Below, one piece after another: positions 19,162-28,174 of a stretch of 64,000 nucleotides of DNA. Position 1 is the first letter of the stretch; the number at the start of each line of letters is the position of its first letter. Below the pieces are notes generated by a model. That model was not told the origin of the DNA. It did not search any database and was given only the letters and a program-made list of their open reading frames with translations. A program made the translations under genes and the position numbers. The stretch comes from Candidatus Giovannonibacteria bacterium. GTDB taxonomy: Bacteria > Patescibacteriota > Minisyncoccia > UBA11713 > 2-01-FULL-45-33. Where the stretch lies: the NCBI GenBank assembly GCA_016432405.1, contig CP066687.1:586629-650628 (forward strand), read 5' to 3'.

Positions 19162-19653
19162 TCAAGAAAAAGCAAAAGAGAAATGGAGCTGCCTGTTTTC
19201 CTCAAGGCACCAAGATTCAGGTATATCCTGTTGGGATTCCCCCAAATCATAAAAATGAGGCAGCCACCTTTCTATAAGTTCTCGCAATGGATCGTCCTCT
19301 GCTAAATCATCGGCCTCTATCCCACCTCCATTAAGCGCCTCCTCCAGTTGATCTTGAAATTTGCCATAGTGTATGCACATATCAAACTCTTCTTCGTCAA
19401 TTGCATCGGTTAGAAGACGCCAATCTCCATCGCAGCGGAGGCATAATTTAAAATCTAAAAATCCGTTCCAAAATCTGCCTTTCCAATATATATACTTCTG
19501 GCCCGGCGCTATCGCCTCGTGGCACTCGCCGCATTCATGTTCTTTTCTGGCTGTCCTTGTTTTAATATCGTAAAATTCCGGCGGATCGCACCCATTACAC
19601 ATATACATATAAAGGTTCCTCCTATACAAAGTATACAATTCCCATATTTGCAA
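19162..19653 (-). CDS. hypothetical Cys-rich (zinc-ribbon-like) protein
   Basis: CNGC...CGEC...CLRC pattern; hairpin terminator gggttgg-N8-ccaaccc downstream on minus strand at ~19105-19140. Confidence 0.4.
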   Translation of the reverse strand: MQIWELYTLYRRNLYMYMCNGCDPPEFYDIKTRTARKEHECGECHEAIAPGQKYIYWKGRFWNGFLDFKLCLRCDGDWRLLTDAIDEEEFDMCIHYGKFQDQLEEALNGGGIEADDLAEDDPLRELIERWLPHFYDLGESQQDIPESWCLEENRQLHFSFAFS

Positions 19654-19697
19654 GTAAACATCAATGGCAAAAAAGGAGTATTATAAGTATAAGCGCT

Positions 19698-20240
19698 ATG
19701 GAGAAAATAAGGGAAAATGAGGACGAAATTTTGGTAAAAAAGGCCCAGGAGAGCCCCGAGGCCTATGAAGCGCTTTACAAAAAATACGGCAAGCGCGTTT
19801 ACGATTATTTCTGGTACCGCGCGGGACGGATAAAAGAAGTAGCCGAGGACTTGGCGCAGGAAACTTTTATAAAAGCGTTCCAAAAACTCCCAAAATTCCG
19901 CCTGCGCGCCTATTCCTATTTTTCCTATCTTAAAACCGTCGCCCACAATACGCTCGTAAAATATTATAAAAAACCGAAAGACGTATCGCTTGAGAGTCTG
20001 GACGGGGAAATTGCGGGCGAGTCGCCAATTACCAAGCTTGAGGAAGCCGGGGAAGCGAGGATTCTTTTGGAAAACATGGCCCGCCTCCCCAAATCGGAGA
20101 AAAAGATAATGCTTTTAAGATACGGGTGGGAGCTTTCAATAAAAGAAATAGCCCAAAAGACCGGCAAGAGCGAAAACGCGGTAAAGCTGGTCATTTCGCG
20201 GGCTAGGAAGAAAATTGCCGGAAAAATCGGGAATAAATGA
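19698..20240 (+). CDS. RNA polymerase sigma factor, ECF (sigma-24) subfamily
   Basis: Region 2-like AQETFIKAFQKL and region 4 HTH LLRYGWELSIKEIAQKTGKSENAVKLVISRARKKI. Confidence 0.75.
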   Translation: MEKIRENEDEILVKKAQESPEAYEALYKKYGKRVYDYFWYRAGRIKEVAEDLAQETFIKAFQKLPKFRLRAYSYFSYLKTVAHNTLVKYYKKPKDVSLESLDGEIAGESPITKLEEAGEARILLENMARLPKSEKKIMLLRYGWELSIKEIAQKTGKSENAVKLVISRARKKIAGKIGNK

Positions 20241-20446
20241 CACCTTTTCGCCCCCCGGGGGTTATATATAGTGAAGACCTGCAAATTAACAATTTAATAC
20301 GAACCGTAAATAAAAAGCGCCCAACCGGACACTTTATCATGTGAGATTCGCATCCCGCTCGCCTAAGGGGAAAACTGGCCTGTCGGCTTAAGCATCCTTC
20401 AAGGCAAAAAACAAACGCACAAACCCTCCAATTTTCATACACCCAT

Positions 20447-20494
20447 CGGAGGGTTTTTGAGTTTTAGAGAATTACTCTATGCGAGCGGTGTTTT
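20447..20494. repeat. island direct repeat A (cggagggtttttgagttttagagaattactctatgcgagcggtgtttt)
   Basis: Aligns with 24279-24331; includes the last codons (PLA*) of the 931-aa gene and a ccctcc/ggaggg hairpin. Confidence 0.7.
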
Positions 20495-23272
20495 AATCAT
20501 TGATATTATTGAATCAATTTGCTCTCTCAATGTTTTATCTCTAGTTATTCCATCACTGATTTTCTCAAAAGCATAAAGCACAGTCGTATGATCCAGCCCA
20601 AATATCCTTCCAATGGAAGGGAAAGATAAACCTATCATCGTTCGAATAAGATACATGGCGATTTGTCTTGCATGGGCAATTGTGCCTTTTCGTGTCCTTT
20701 TCTTTATTTCTACCAAGCTAAGATTGTAGAATTGAGCAACCGACGCAACAATTTTTTTAGCAGTGAAATTTATTTCTTTCTCTCTTTCTTTAATATAATC
20801 TCTTGGATCTTCATCAGAGTAATAGTACTCACCATATTTTTTAGCAAGAGCTTTGTTAACTATTTGGCGAACGCGCTCCCGAGTAATCTCAAATCTTTGC
20901 GCAATCTCTTCCAAAGTGTGCGGTCTTTGATCATTAAGACCAAATCGCATTTCAACCATTTGTTTTTCTCGGTCCTCCATTCCCTCAACAAGGTCTTTAT
21001 CGCCAAGAGTTTGTCCCTGTTTTGCTTCTTCAAGTTGTTTTTCTCGTCTTGTTTCCCATGCCAACGGCTCTTCCACAAAATGGTCATAAATTCCTGGCCC
21101 AACCTCAAACTTCTTTTGAGCAATGTATACAGGGATATCGATAGCAGGTCCGTAATTTTGTGGAATAGCACCTTTTTGATAAGCTTCCGGGATCATTGCT
21201 CCTAGCGATTCGCTTAAAATAAGCTCCGCCAAATATAGTTGCGCTTCACGAGATTTCTCTACATCGCGCTTTTGTGGATTATCCCCAAAATAATATCTGT
21301 TGATGGGGTGATTCGAGTTGATAAGTATAAAGCCCTGAGTGGGACTTCCTAGCATTGGGTCGTAAGTGGTCTGTAGATGTTTTGGCACCCCATCATCAAA
21401 GTCCCAATCCTTAAATTTACCAGTCGGGCCGGTTGGCGAAGGTTTGATGCGATCCTTAATATCTATCCGGCATTGCGCCGAATAATCCTCAAAATTTGCC
21501 TTAACAATACCAGATTCATCATTCTTTTTGCCCACAAAAGGCACTTCAATTTTTGCCACTTGACTTGTGCTACGCATTCGGCGCGGCACCACGACCCATC
21601 TGTATTTTAGGGCTATTGAGTTGTTGGAACTTGAAAGAGAGATTTTTTTGCCGATCTTTATAACATTCAAATCAACATAAAGATTCAATGTGCTTTCTCT
21701 ATTCGCTGTAGTTCTTATGTAATCTGGACTAAAAACAATACCGTTTTCTGGATACACTATCTCCTCGGACACAATAGAAACCACCACCGAAGCGCTACGT
21801 TTTCCACTTTTTGCTTCTAATGTATCGGCAGTCCTCGCATTCGCACCAGTAACAATGATGGTCTTCACGAGGATGTCATTGCTATCCTCCGGTGCGTCGT
21901 GGACCTCAATTGTAGTCGGCGAAAAACCTATTTTACCTCTTGAAGATTTAAGAGATATTTTAGAACTGGGCTTGATAATTCGGGTATCAATGAATAGTTG
22001 TAGGCCATAGCGCCTTCCTGCAGTGATAGTTATGTTACTCCTAGCAAACTCAATACCTCCAACAGGGCGCGCCTTTTTCTTTATACGGATAACGCCGTTT
22101 GTATCTTCCCCAGTAAGTTGAGCATACAACTTGTTAAGTTCTTCAAGGGCCTTACGGTGATTCTCTTTTGTTATTTCGGAAACACCCTCGTCGGACCTTC
22201 TACGTCTTTCTTCATTGAGAATTGGGTATAACCAATCTTTCACTTCTAAGGCAAGTTTTTTGTAGAAGTCATGTTGGGTATTAAATCCATCCCGAGAATC
22301 GGAAAGTATCGCTTCGGGATGTTTCGGATCATTGATTTTATTGAGAATGATTTCTCTTGCTCCAGTCAGTTTCATGAAGCCGAAAAATTTGTCTGCACCC
22401 GGTAAGCTATCCCAACCGAAAAATGTTTGGGCGTATACGGCTTCTTTATTATCATGAACCAACAAGCCGTTTTCTCTTTCGTCTCCGACGATTTGAAGCG
22501 GCGTAGAAGATTTGTACAGTTCAACATCAATTTTCACGGGGTTATATTTCTCGAATTGCAAAGTAAATTCCTTATGCTCAACCAAATCACCCTTCGGAAA
22601 TTGATATCTAATAACACTTTTTTTAGTGCCTTTCTGGTCCTTGTAAATTAACTGGACCGAGCGTCTATCACTTGAGTTGATAAGGCGAAGCATGAAGAAA
22701 ACACCCACCTTTTTTATTAAGTTGTCATAGTCGTGTATGGTGGTATTATCAAGTACAAATTCGGCAACCGTTCCATGTTTGCTGTTTATACCCCATTCCT
22801 TAGCTAGTTTTTCTGCTAGCTCTTTTTGTTTTTCAACACTAATAAATGGTCTTTCTTTTTTCCAGTAGAAGTTGCAAATGGAGGCTTCGCCGTCCTTGAC
22901 AGATTTTATTTTCCCCTCGCGGTGGTAGAAAAGGACATCCGAAATACCTTGGCCAAAAATTCCTCTCGAACTAAAGCCTTCATAGGCCCCGCTCTTTGCT
23001 GCTCCATATTCTTTAAATTTCTCCTCTAGTTCAGCGGTAGTCATTCCTTGGGCATGGTCTGTTATACGGACTAATCTTTTCGTCTTATCAATAAAAATAG
23101 TAATCGGGAACACCTCTCCGCCATCGTCTTGGCTCGATTCAATTATTTTCCTGTAGCTATCATCGGAATTGGTAATTGGTTCTGTTAGGGTTTTCAGCAA
23201 GCTTTTCCCGACAGCATCCGAAAATTGCCGTTTTATATACCGTGAAGCATATTGTACTGCGATTTCGGTCAT
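20477..23272 (-). CDS. multidomain protein: N-terminal GHKL-type ATPase, central unknown, sigma-70 region-4-like HTH, C-terminal DnaA domain-IV-like DNA-binding domain
   Basis: Motifs read in translation: EPITNSDDS (N-box-like), DHAQGM (G1-like), GIFGQGISD (G2-like); EDREKQMVEMRFGLNDQRPHTLEEIAQRFEITRERVRQIVNKALAKK; SLVEIKKRTRKGTIAHARQIAMYLIRTMIGLSFPSIGRIFGLDHTTVLYAFEKI. Confidence 0.6.
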   Translation of the reverse strand: MTEIAVQYASRYIKRQFSDAVGKSLLKTLTEPITNSDDSYRKIIESSQDDGGEVFPITIFIDKTKRLVRITDHAQGMTTAELEEKFKEYGAAKSGAYEGFSSRGIFGQGISDVLFYHREGKIKSVKDGEASICNFYWKKERPFISVEKQKELAEKLAKEWGINSKHGTVAEFVLDNTTIHDYDNLIKKVGVFFMLRLINSSDRRSVQLIYKDQKGTKKSVIRYQFPKGDLVEHKEFTLQFEKYNPVKIDVELYKSSTPLQIVGDERENGLLVHDNKEAVYAQTFFGWDSLPGADKFFGFMKLTGAREIILNKINDPKHPEAILSDSRDGFNTQHDFYKKLALEVKDWLYPILNEERRRRSDEGVSEITKENHRKALEELNKLYAQLTGEDTNGVIRIKKKARPVGGIEFARSNITITAGRRYGLQLFIDTRIIKPSSKISLKSSRGKIGFSPTTIEVHDAPEDSNDILVKTIIVTGANARTADTLEAKSGKRSASVVVSIVSEEIVYPENGIVFSPDYIRTTANRESTLNLYVDLNVIKIGKKISLSSSNNSIALKYRWVVVPRRMRSTSQVAKIEVPFVGKKNDESGIVKANFEDYSAQCRIDIKDRIKPSPTGPTGKFKDWDFDDGVPKHLQTTYDPMLGSPTQGFILINSNHPINRYYFGDNPQKRDVEKSREAQLYLAELILSESLGAMIPEAYQKGAIPQNYGPAIDIPVYIAQKKFEVGPGIYDHFVEEPLAWETRREKQLEEAKQGQTLGDKDLVEGMEDREKQMVEMRFGLNDQRPHTLEEIAQRFEITRERVRQIVNKALAKKYGEYYYSDEDPRDYIKEREKEINFTAKKIVASVAQFYNLSLVEIKKRTRKGTIAHARQIAMYLIRTMIGLSFPSIGRIFGLDHTTVLYAFEKISDGITRDKTLREQIDSIISMIKTPLA

Positions 23273-23278
23273 ATCAGT

Positions 23279-23935
23279 TTAAAAAAGTAGGTTGCTAAAC
23301 TTTTTCTCAAGCCAAGACAAAAATTCCAACACCTCTTTATCTTTTGTCGTTGTGGCAGAAACTTTAAGTCGTTTCAAGTGTTCAGCCAAAAGCTGCTTTG
23401 GCGTATATGGTGCAGCTTTCAAGAAAGCAAAAAATTCATAATTATTGACTTCCTCATTTGCGAACCACTTCTTAAAAGCTTCTGATACTCGTATTTCTCG
23501 TATATCATCACCGGGGGACTTTCCTCTTGATTTGCTAACTATAATGGGCTTGCGGTCCTTTCTCGGTAAAGGATTCTTCAGTGAACCGGAAACTTGTTTT
23601 GCCATTTCGCGTCCCAAGTCAGTCAGATGAAAGCCGTTTTCAATATTACCTGTTGCCCAATGTTTTCTCTTTTGGTCAGTCAAGCGCCGTAGTGCTTTAC
23701 TGATTCGGTTAGTATCTGGATATTGAATAAAGTTAGCCATTGAAAACTTTCTAGGAAACAATCTGAATAAACCGACAGCAATAAAATCAAAATAGAGGGG
23801 TATCTTCTTTCCTTCAAGCGCGTAAAGCGTATAAACCACTAGACGGTCTAAATCAAAACTATCGTAGTTCACGAAAGGAAAATGTTTTACCCCAAGCAAC
23901 ACCCTTTTTATATTTATACCGTTTTGATTTTTCAT
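23279..23935 (-). CDS. hypothetical protein (operon partner)
   Basis: 6-nt gap to downstream 931-aa gene; no recognised domain. Confidence 0.4.
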   Translation of the reverse strand: MKNQNGINIKRVLLGVKHFPFVNYDSFDLDRLVVYTLYALEGKKIPLYFDFIAVGLFRLFPRKFSMANFIQYPDTNRISKALRRLTDQKRKHWATGNIENGFHLTDLGREMAKQVSGSLKNPLPRKDRKPIIVSKSRGKSPGDDIREIRVSEAFKKWFANEEVNNYEFFAFLKAAPYTPKQLLAEHLKRLKVSATTTKDKEVLEFLSWLEKKFSNLLF

Positions 23936-24156
23936 AATTTAAATTCTTTATTTTTAGGAAAGTGAAATTTTGCTTTGGTCTCGCGGACTCGGCGCTCAAT
24001 TTCGGAAAATATTTTGTTCACCTCTTCTTCGGTGTATTCATACGCACTTCTGTTAGAACAATTACCTAAAACTTTAAGTCTTTGAAGGACTGAATTTGTT
24101 CTTTGCGTCCCTAAGCGCTTAAACCTTTCCCGTTTTTGCTCACGATTATTGTCCAT
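23932..24156 (-). CDS. hypothetical small basic protein (operon first gene)
   Basis: Start overlaps next gene by 4 nt; Lys/Arg-rich; DnaA-box-like tgtggataa in its upstream region. Confidence 0.35.
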   Translation of the reverse strand: MDNNREQKRERFKRLGTQRTNSVLQRLKVLGNCSNRSAYEYTEEEVNKIFSEIERRVRETKAKFHFPKNKEFKL

Positions 24157-24278
24157 AGCTATTATTATAGCTTATTGTATAAATACTCACAATAGTTATA
24201 AGGATAGTCCACCCTTATTAAAAAGTCAATACCCCCTACTGTGGATAAGATTCTTAACCAAAAACCCCTCCCGCAATG

Positions 24279-24331
24279 CGGGAGGGGTTTTGAGTTTTAA
24301 AAAATCCTTTTATGCGAGCGGCTGTGGTTTT
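24279..24331. repeat. island direct repeat B (remnant gene 3' end ...KPQPLA* + perfect hairpin cccctcccgc-aat-gcgggagggg)
   Basis: Aligns with repeat A; lies immediately 3' of tRNA-Ile. Confidence 0.7.
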
Positions 24332-24338
24332 CACTTTT

Positions 24339-24412
24339 TGGGCCAGGATGGATTCGAACCATCGCTCCCCGTCTTATAAGGACGGTGCTTTAAACCGCTA
24401 AGCTACTGGCCC
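24339..24412 (-). tRNA. tRNA-Ile (anticodon TAT)
   Basis: Manual fold: acceptor gggccag/ctggccc, D-stem gctt/aagc, anticodon loop cuUAUaa, T-arm gatgg-ttcgaat-ccatc. Confidence 0.65.
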
Positions 24413-25076
24413 TTTTTGAAAAATAATCGCGAATAACTTCTAGACCCATAAAAATCCTTTTTGCCAACTTAGCATCTCCAATTATAACATTACAAGTGCC
24501 ATGGCCGAATCCCCCTTTATAAGTTAAAGAACTGCGTTTAGTTTTCTTGATATAAGGTTTTGTAAACTGCGAGAAAGGAATTTTAAGTTCTTCGGACCAA
24601 AATTTAATCTCTCCCCGAACATTCATATCTTCATAAAGATGCAATTTAATTCGCAGCTTGTTTTTTGGGACATTTAAGATTTTCGTAAGCCAATGTATAA
24701 ATATTTTTAAAATTGCAGGATCAGTATTTGATAATGAAAGTTCATACTCCTTTGTTTTACCTCCCTCTCCAAGATATAGAAATAGTCCGCCTATAAATAT
24801 TTCTTGTTGAGATAGAGGTAAAATTATATTTTTTTCCTTAATATATATTTCCCTTAAAATGTTCTCTCGTTTTCTCCGGCGAGTTTCAATGTAATGTTCT
24901 ATCCTCGCTTGATTCCAATCCCTTAATTCCCGAATCCTTTTCACAGACAAAGGATGGTTTCTAAGCCAGTAGCTAAGGGTGGATTTGCTCACTCCCAACA
25001 CTTTCTTAATTTGGGCGTAGCTTTGTCCTAATTTGCGTAAACGCAGGGCTTTTTGCCTTTCTTTTATTTTCGCCAT
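24390..25076 (-). CDS. HTH-containing protein, possibly degenerate LAGLIDADG-type endonuclease
   Basis: N-terminal HTH QSYAQIKKVLGVSKSTLSYWLRN; GLFLYLGEGGK resembles a LAGLIDADG motif; 3' end overlaps tRNA-Ile 5' region; AT-rich. Confidence 0.35.
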   Translation of the reverse strand: MAKIKERQKALRLRKLGQSYAQIKKVLGVSKSTLSYWLRNHPLSVKRIRELRDWNQARIEHYIETRRRKRENILREIYIKEKNIILPLSQQEIFIGGLFLYLGEGGKTKEYELSLSNTDPAILKIFIHWLTKILNVPKNKLRIKLHLYEDMNVRGEIKFWSEELKIPFSQFTKPYIKKTKRSSLTYKGGFGHGTCNVIIGDAKLAKRIFMGLEVIRDYFSKRASSLAV

Positions 25077-25145
25077 AAATAAAACGAACCTGTAAATATT
25101 GTTTACATTATATCATAATAAAGGTTCGTAAAAAAACAGCTTATC

Positions 25146-26975
25146 TTACGCGACTCCGTGGGCGCGGGTGAATTTGGCAAACTCGTCTCTCTCCACGGTT
25201 TCCTCTTTTATGAGTTTATGGGCCAGGGCGTCCAAGGCGTTTTTGTGCCTGGCCAAAACATCCTTGGCGCGCTTTTTCGCGTTTTGCATAAGCCGCGAGA
25301 CCTCTTTGTCTATCAAAGTCGCCAAGGTTTCGGAGTAATCACGCTCCGCGCTAAAATCTTTTCCTAAAAACACGTACTCTTCGCGGCCGCCGAAAGCCAA
25401 TGGGCCAACTTTCTCCGACATTCCGTATTTGGTAACCAAGGCCCGCGCGAGGTCGGTAGCTTTTTTAAGGTCGTCGTGCGGTCCGGTGGTAATCTCCCCA
25501 AACACAAGCTCCTCGGCGACAAACCCGCCCAGAGAAATTGCGAGCTCCGAAAGAAAATGTTTTTTTGAATAAAGATGGCGGTCCTCAATCGGAAGCTTCA
25601 GTGTAAAGCCGGCCGCGCGGCCGCGGGAAATTATGGAAATCTTATGCACCGGGTCGGCCTCAGGCGAAGCCGCCGCAACCAAAGCGTGGCCGGCCTCGTG
25701 GTAGGCGGATATCTCCTTTTCCTTTTCGGAAAGCACATGGCTCTTTCGCTCCGGCCCCAAAAGCACTTTCTCTATTGAGTTTATGAGGTCCATCTGGGTA
25801 ATTTGCTTTCTGGATTCGCGCGCCGCCAAAATCGCCGCCTCGTTCACCAGATTCGCCAAATCCGCGCCGGAAAAACCCGGCGTTCGCTCGGCGATTCTCC
25901 GCATGTTCACCTCTTCGGCGAGCGGCTTTTTGCGGGAATGAATTTTTAAAATCTCCTCGCGGTCGTTAATGTCCGGCAAATCCAAAATCACCCGGCGGTC
26001 AAACCTTCCCGGGCGAAGCAGCGCCGGGTCCAAAACATCCGGCCGGTTGGTGGCCGCCATGACTATCACCGACTCGTTTGTTTCAAAGCCGTCCAATTCC
26101 ACCAAAATCTGGTTTAATGTCTGCTCCCTTTCGTCATGCCCGCCTCCCAAGCCCGCTCCGCGGTGGCGCCCTACAGCGTCAATCTCGTCCACAAATATGA
26201 TAGAAGGCGCTGATTTTTTCGCCATCTTAAAAAGATCTCTGACTCTGGAAGCCCCCACGCCCACGAACATCTCAACGAATTCCGAGGCGGACATATGGAA
26301 AAATGGCACACTCGCCTCCCCGGCCACGGCCTTGGCCAGCATGGTTTTCCCGGTTCCCGGCGCGCCCATCAAAAGCACCCCCTTGGGAATCCGTGCGCCG
26401 ATGTCTATGAATTTTTTGGGAGAGCGCAGAAAATCAACTATCTCCACAAGTTCCTCTTTTGCCTCTTTGGCGCCCGCGACGTCTTTGAATAAAACCCTCT
26501 CTTTTAAATTATTGGGTTGGATTATCCGCGCGCGGGACTGCCCGAAAGTGAACGCCTGGATGTTCGCCCGCTGGACCTGGCGCGCCGTCATCCAAAAAAA
26601 AGCCACAATCAAAAGAAACGGCAAAATGAAAGGCAAAAGGACTCCCAGCCAGTAAAGAAGCCCGCTGGGATTTTGGACATCAATTGAAACCTGGCGCAGT
26701 TTTTCCTCCGAGACGCCGTAGTTTTTGAATGTCTCCGAAAGAGCGGCCTCGTTTTCTTTTTTTGAGCGGAGCTCGGAGTCGTCTTTTAAGGTTACATCCA
26801 AATCCGAATCCCGGACGACGATTTTCGCGACCTCGCCCGCGTTGATTTTTGCCACCAGCTCGGAGAGGGAAATTTCCCTGACCTCTCGGAACATTCCGGC
26901 AAAAGAAGTATATAAAAACGCCAGCATCATAAGTATCAAAAGCGCGCCTACGATATTTTTTGACAAGAGTTGCAT
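25146..26975 (-). CDS. ftsH: ATP-dependent zinc metalloprotease FtsH
   Basis: N-terminal TMs, AAA+ GPPGTGKT and SRF motifs, zinc site HEAGHALV. Confidence 0.9.
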   Translation of the reverse strand: MQLLSKNIVGALLILMMLAFLYTSFAGMFREVREISLSELVAKINAGEVAKIVVRDSDLDVTLKDDSELRSKKENEAALSETFKNYGVSEEKLRQVSIDVQNPSGLLYWLGVLLPFILPFLLIVAFFWMTARQVQRANIQAFTFGQSRARIIQPNNLKERVLFKDVAGAKEAKEELVEIVDFLRSPKKFIDIGARIPKGVLLMGAPGTGKTMLAKAVAGEASVPFFHMSASEFVEMFVGVGASRVRDLFKMAKKSAPSIIFVDEIDAVGRHRGAGLGGGHDEREQTLNQILVELDGFETNESVIVMAATNRPDVLDPALLRPGRFDRRVILDLPDINDREEILKIHSRKKPLAEEVNMRRIAERTPGFSGADLANLVNEAAILAARESRKQITQMDLINSIEKVLLGPERKSHVLSEKEKEISAYHEAGHALVAAASPEADPVHKISIISRGRAAGFTLKLPIEDRHLYSKKHFLSELAISLGGFVAEELVFGEITTGPHDDLKKATDLARALVTKYGMSEKVGPLAFGGREEYVFLGKDFSAERDYSETLATLIDKEVSRLMQNAKKRAKDVLARHKNALDALAHKLIKEETVERDEFAKFTRAHGVA

Positions 26976-27074
26976 AGATTTACATTTTAGTATGAAAATT
27001 ATTAAAAGTCAAAGGCCCCCGTCTCGTTTGAGCGGGGGCCGAAAGCCATCACAGCTTTCCAGCCGCAAAAGCGG

Positions 27075-27902
27075 CTAAGACTCGGAATTGGCCAGGCGAG
27101 AGGCGGCGGGACCCTGCTTCTTTTTTTTCAGAAACTCGCGGATGCGCGTGTTCACGTCATCCAGTACTCTCAAGCTCTTGCAAAGCGCCACCCCCTGCTC
27201 GTTTGCTCCCCAGTACCAATGGTCGCAGAGTTGGCGATGGTGATCCGGGCAGTTCTTAACAGTCCAGGACACGGCGGCATTGCTGAAAGATTGATGCTTA
27301 TCCGACCATTCCTTAAGCTGCTGCGCCGGGACACACTCCATCCACCCGTCCTTCTCAACGAACCGGTAGAGATGCCTCGCATAGCCGTCTTTGAGCTCGT
27401 TTATGGTCTTATCGCTGATCTCTCCGCCGGCCTTGAGTTGCTGAAGCGCATCATTGCCTTTCTGAACCAGCGCTTTAACTTCCTCGTGGACCCTGCGGAA
27501 TTTCAGAAGCTTCGCCGCGAAGGGGTTTTTTTTGTCCTCCTCGCTAGCTTTTTGCATCATCTCTTTCAATTGCGCTGCCTTGGCGCGCAGTGTCATGATT
27601 GGAGGCGTGTCCTCAAAGATGTCCAGAAATGTGTTATTTTCCGTCATCTTTTTGATACGCGCTTCCACCTGCGCGAGCTTCTCGGCGGCCGCACGGTAAA
27701 CATTTTCCCCTTTTTCAATGGCCTCCATTTGCTTGGCGACGCCCTCAACGAACGCGGCATTGGAGCGCTCGATGGCGTCATTGTCCAAGTCCTTCATCAG
27801 GGCCTCCACATCGTTCACATCCATACCGCCATTGCTCGCCGCCTTCAATTCTCCAATCTCTCGCAGACTGCCCACAGTTTGGGGCTTTTTATTATTTTTC
27901 AT
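27075..27902 (-). CDS. hypothetical coiled-coil protein with C-terminal Cys/His cluster
   Basis: Probable start MKNNKK; CPDHHRQLCDHWYW near C-terminus; no recognised family. Confidence 0.4.
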   Translation of the reverse strand: MKNNKKPQTVGSLREIGELKAASNGGMDVNDVEALMKDLDNDAIERSNAAFVEGVAKQMEAIEKGENVYRAAAEKLAQVEARIKKMTENNTFLDIFEDTPPIMTLRAKAAQLKEMMQKASEEDKKNPFAAKLLKFRRVHEEVKALVQKGNDALQQLKAGGEISDKTINELKDGYARHLYRFVEKDGWMECVPAQQLKEWSDKHQSFSNAAVSWTVKNCPDHHRQLCDHWYWGANEQGVALCKSLRVLDDVNTRIREFLKKKKQGPAASRLANSES

Positions 27903-28100
27903 AGCCGCTCCTTCTTGGCCTATCGGCCGGTTTTTGGGCGCAAAGCGCCCGCCACTGAAATAAAGCATTTTTGACCGCTACGCTGCAGACATTCAACCCA
28001 ACTCTTAACGCGCCTAAAAACGCCTCCTTTCCGAGTATATATTAGGTTGTAAATCCTAGCCCATTATAGTCCAAAACAAATATTTTGTCAATAGGGGGTA

Positions 28101-28129
28101 TTGACTTATAATGTGTTTGGGTGTATAAT
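28101..28129 (+). promoter_or_regulatory. consensus sigma-70 promoter TTGACT-17-TATAAT
   Basis: Perfect -10 and near-perfect -35 with 17-nt spacer, 45 nt upstream of 28175 start; leader shared with locus at 52754. Confidence 0.5.
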
Positions 28130-28174
28130 GGGGGCAGAGTCGGATAGGCTCAAAATTTACAAAGGAGGTGGCCA

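Larger units (their letters stand above)
20447..25076. mobile_element. putative genomic island at tRNA-Ile(TAT), bounded by ~50-bp direct repeats; no integrase seen
   Basis: Direct repeats A/B; visibly lower GC than flanks (not computed); tRNA adjacency; cargo of unknown function. Confidence 0.4.

Noticed and set aside
20241-20446. Possible structured ncRNA (SRP/6S-like) in the ~235-nt convergent intergenic region
   Set aside because: I could not find SRP domain IV, 6S or any other conserved RNA motif. The region contains the two convergent terminators, which explains most of its structure.
24149-24379. 76-aa plus-strand ORF
   Set aside because: Covers the island repeat/hairpin and the antisense of tRNA-Ile; spurious.
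25600-25635. 12-bp GC palindrome ggccgcgcggcc in ftsH
   Set aside because: It is short and sits in a Gly/Ala/Arg-coding stretch; its chance occurrence is plausible, so it is not reported as an element.
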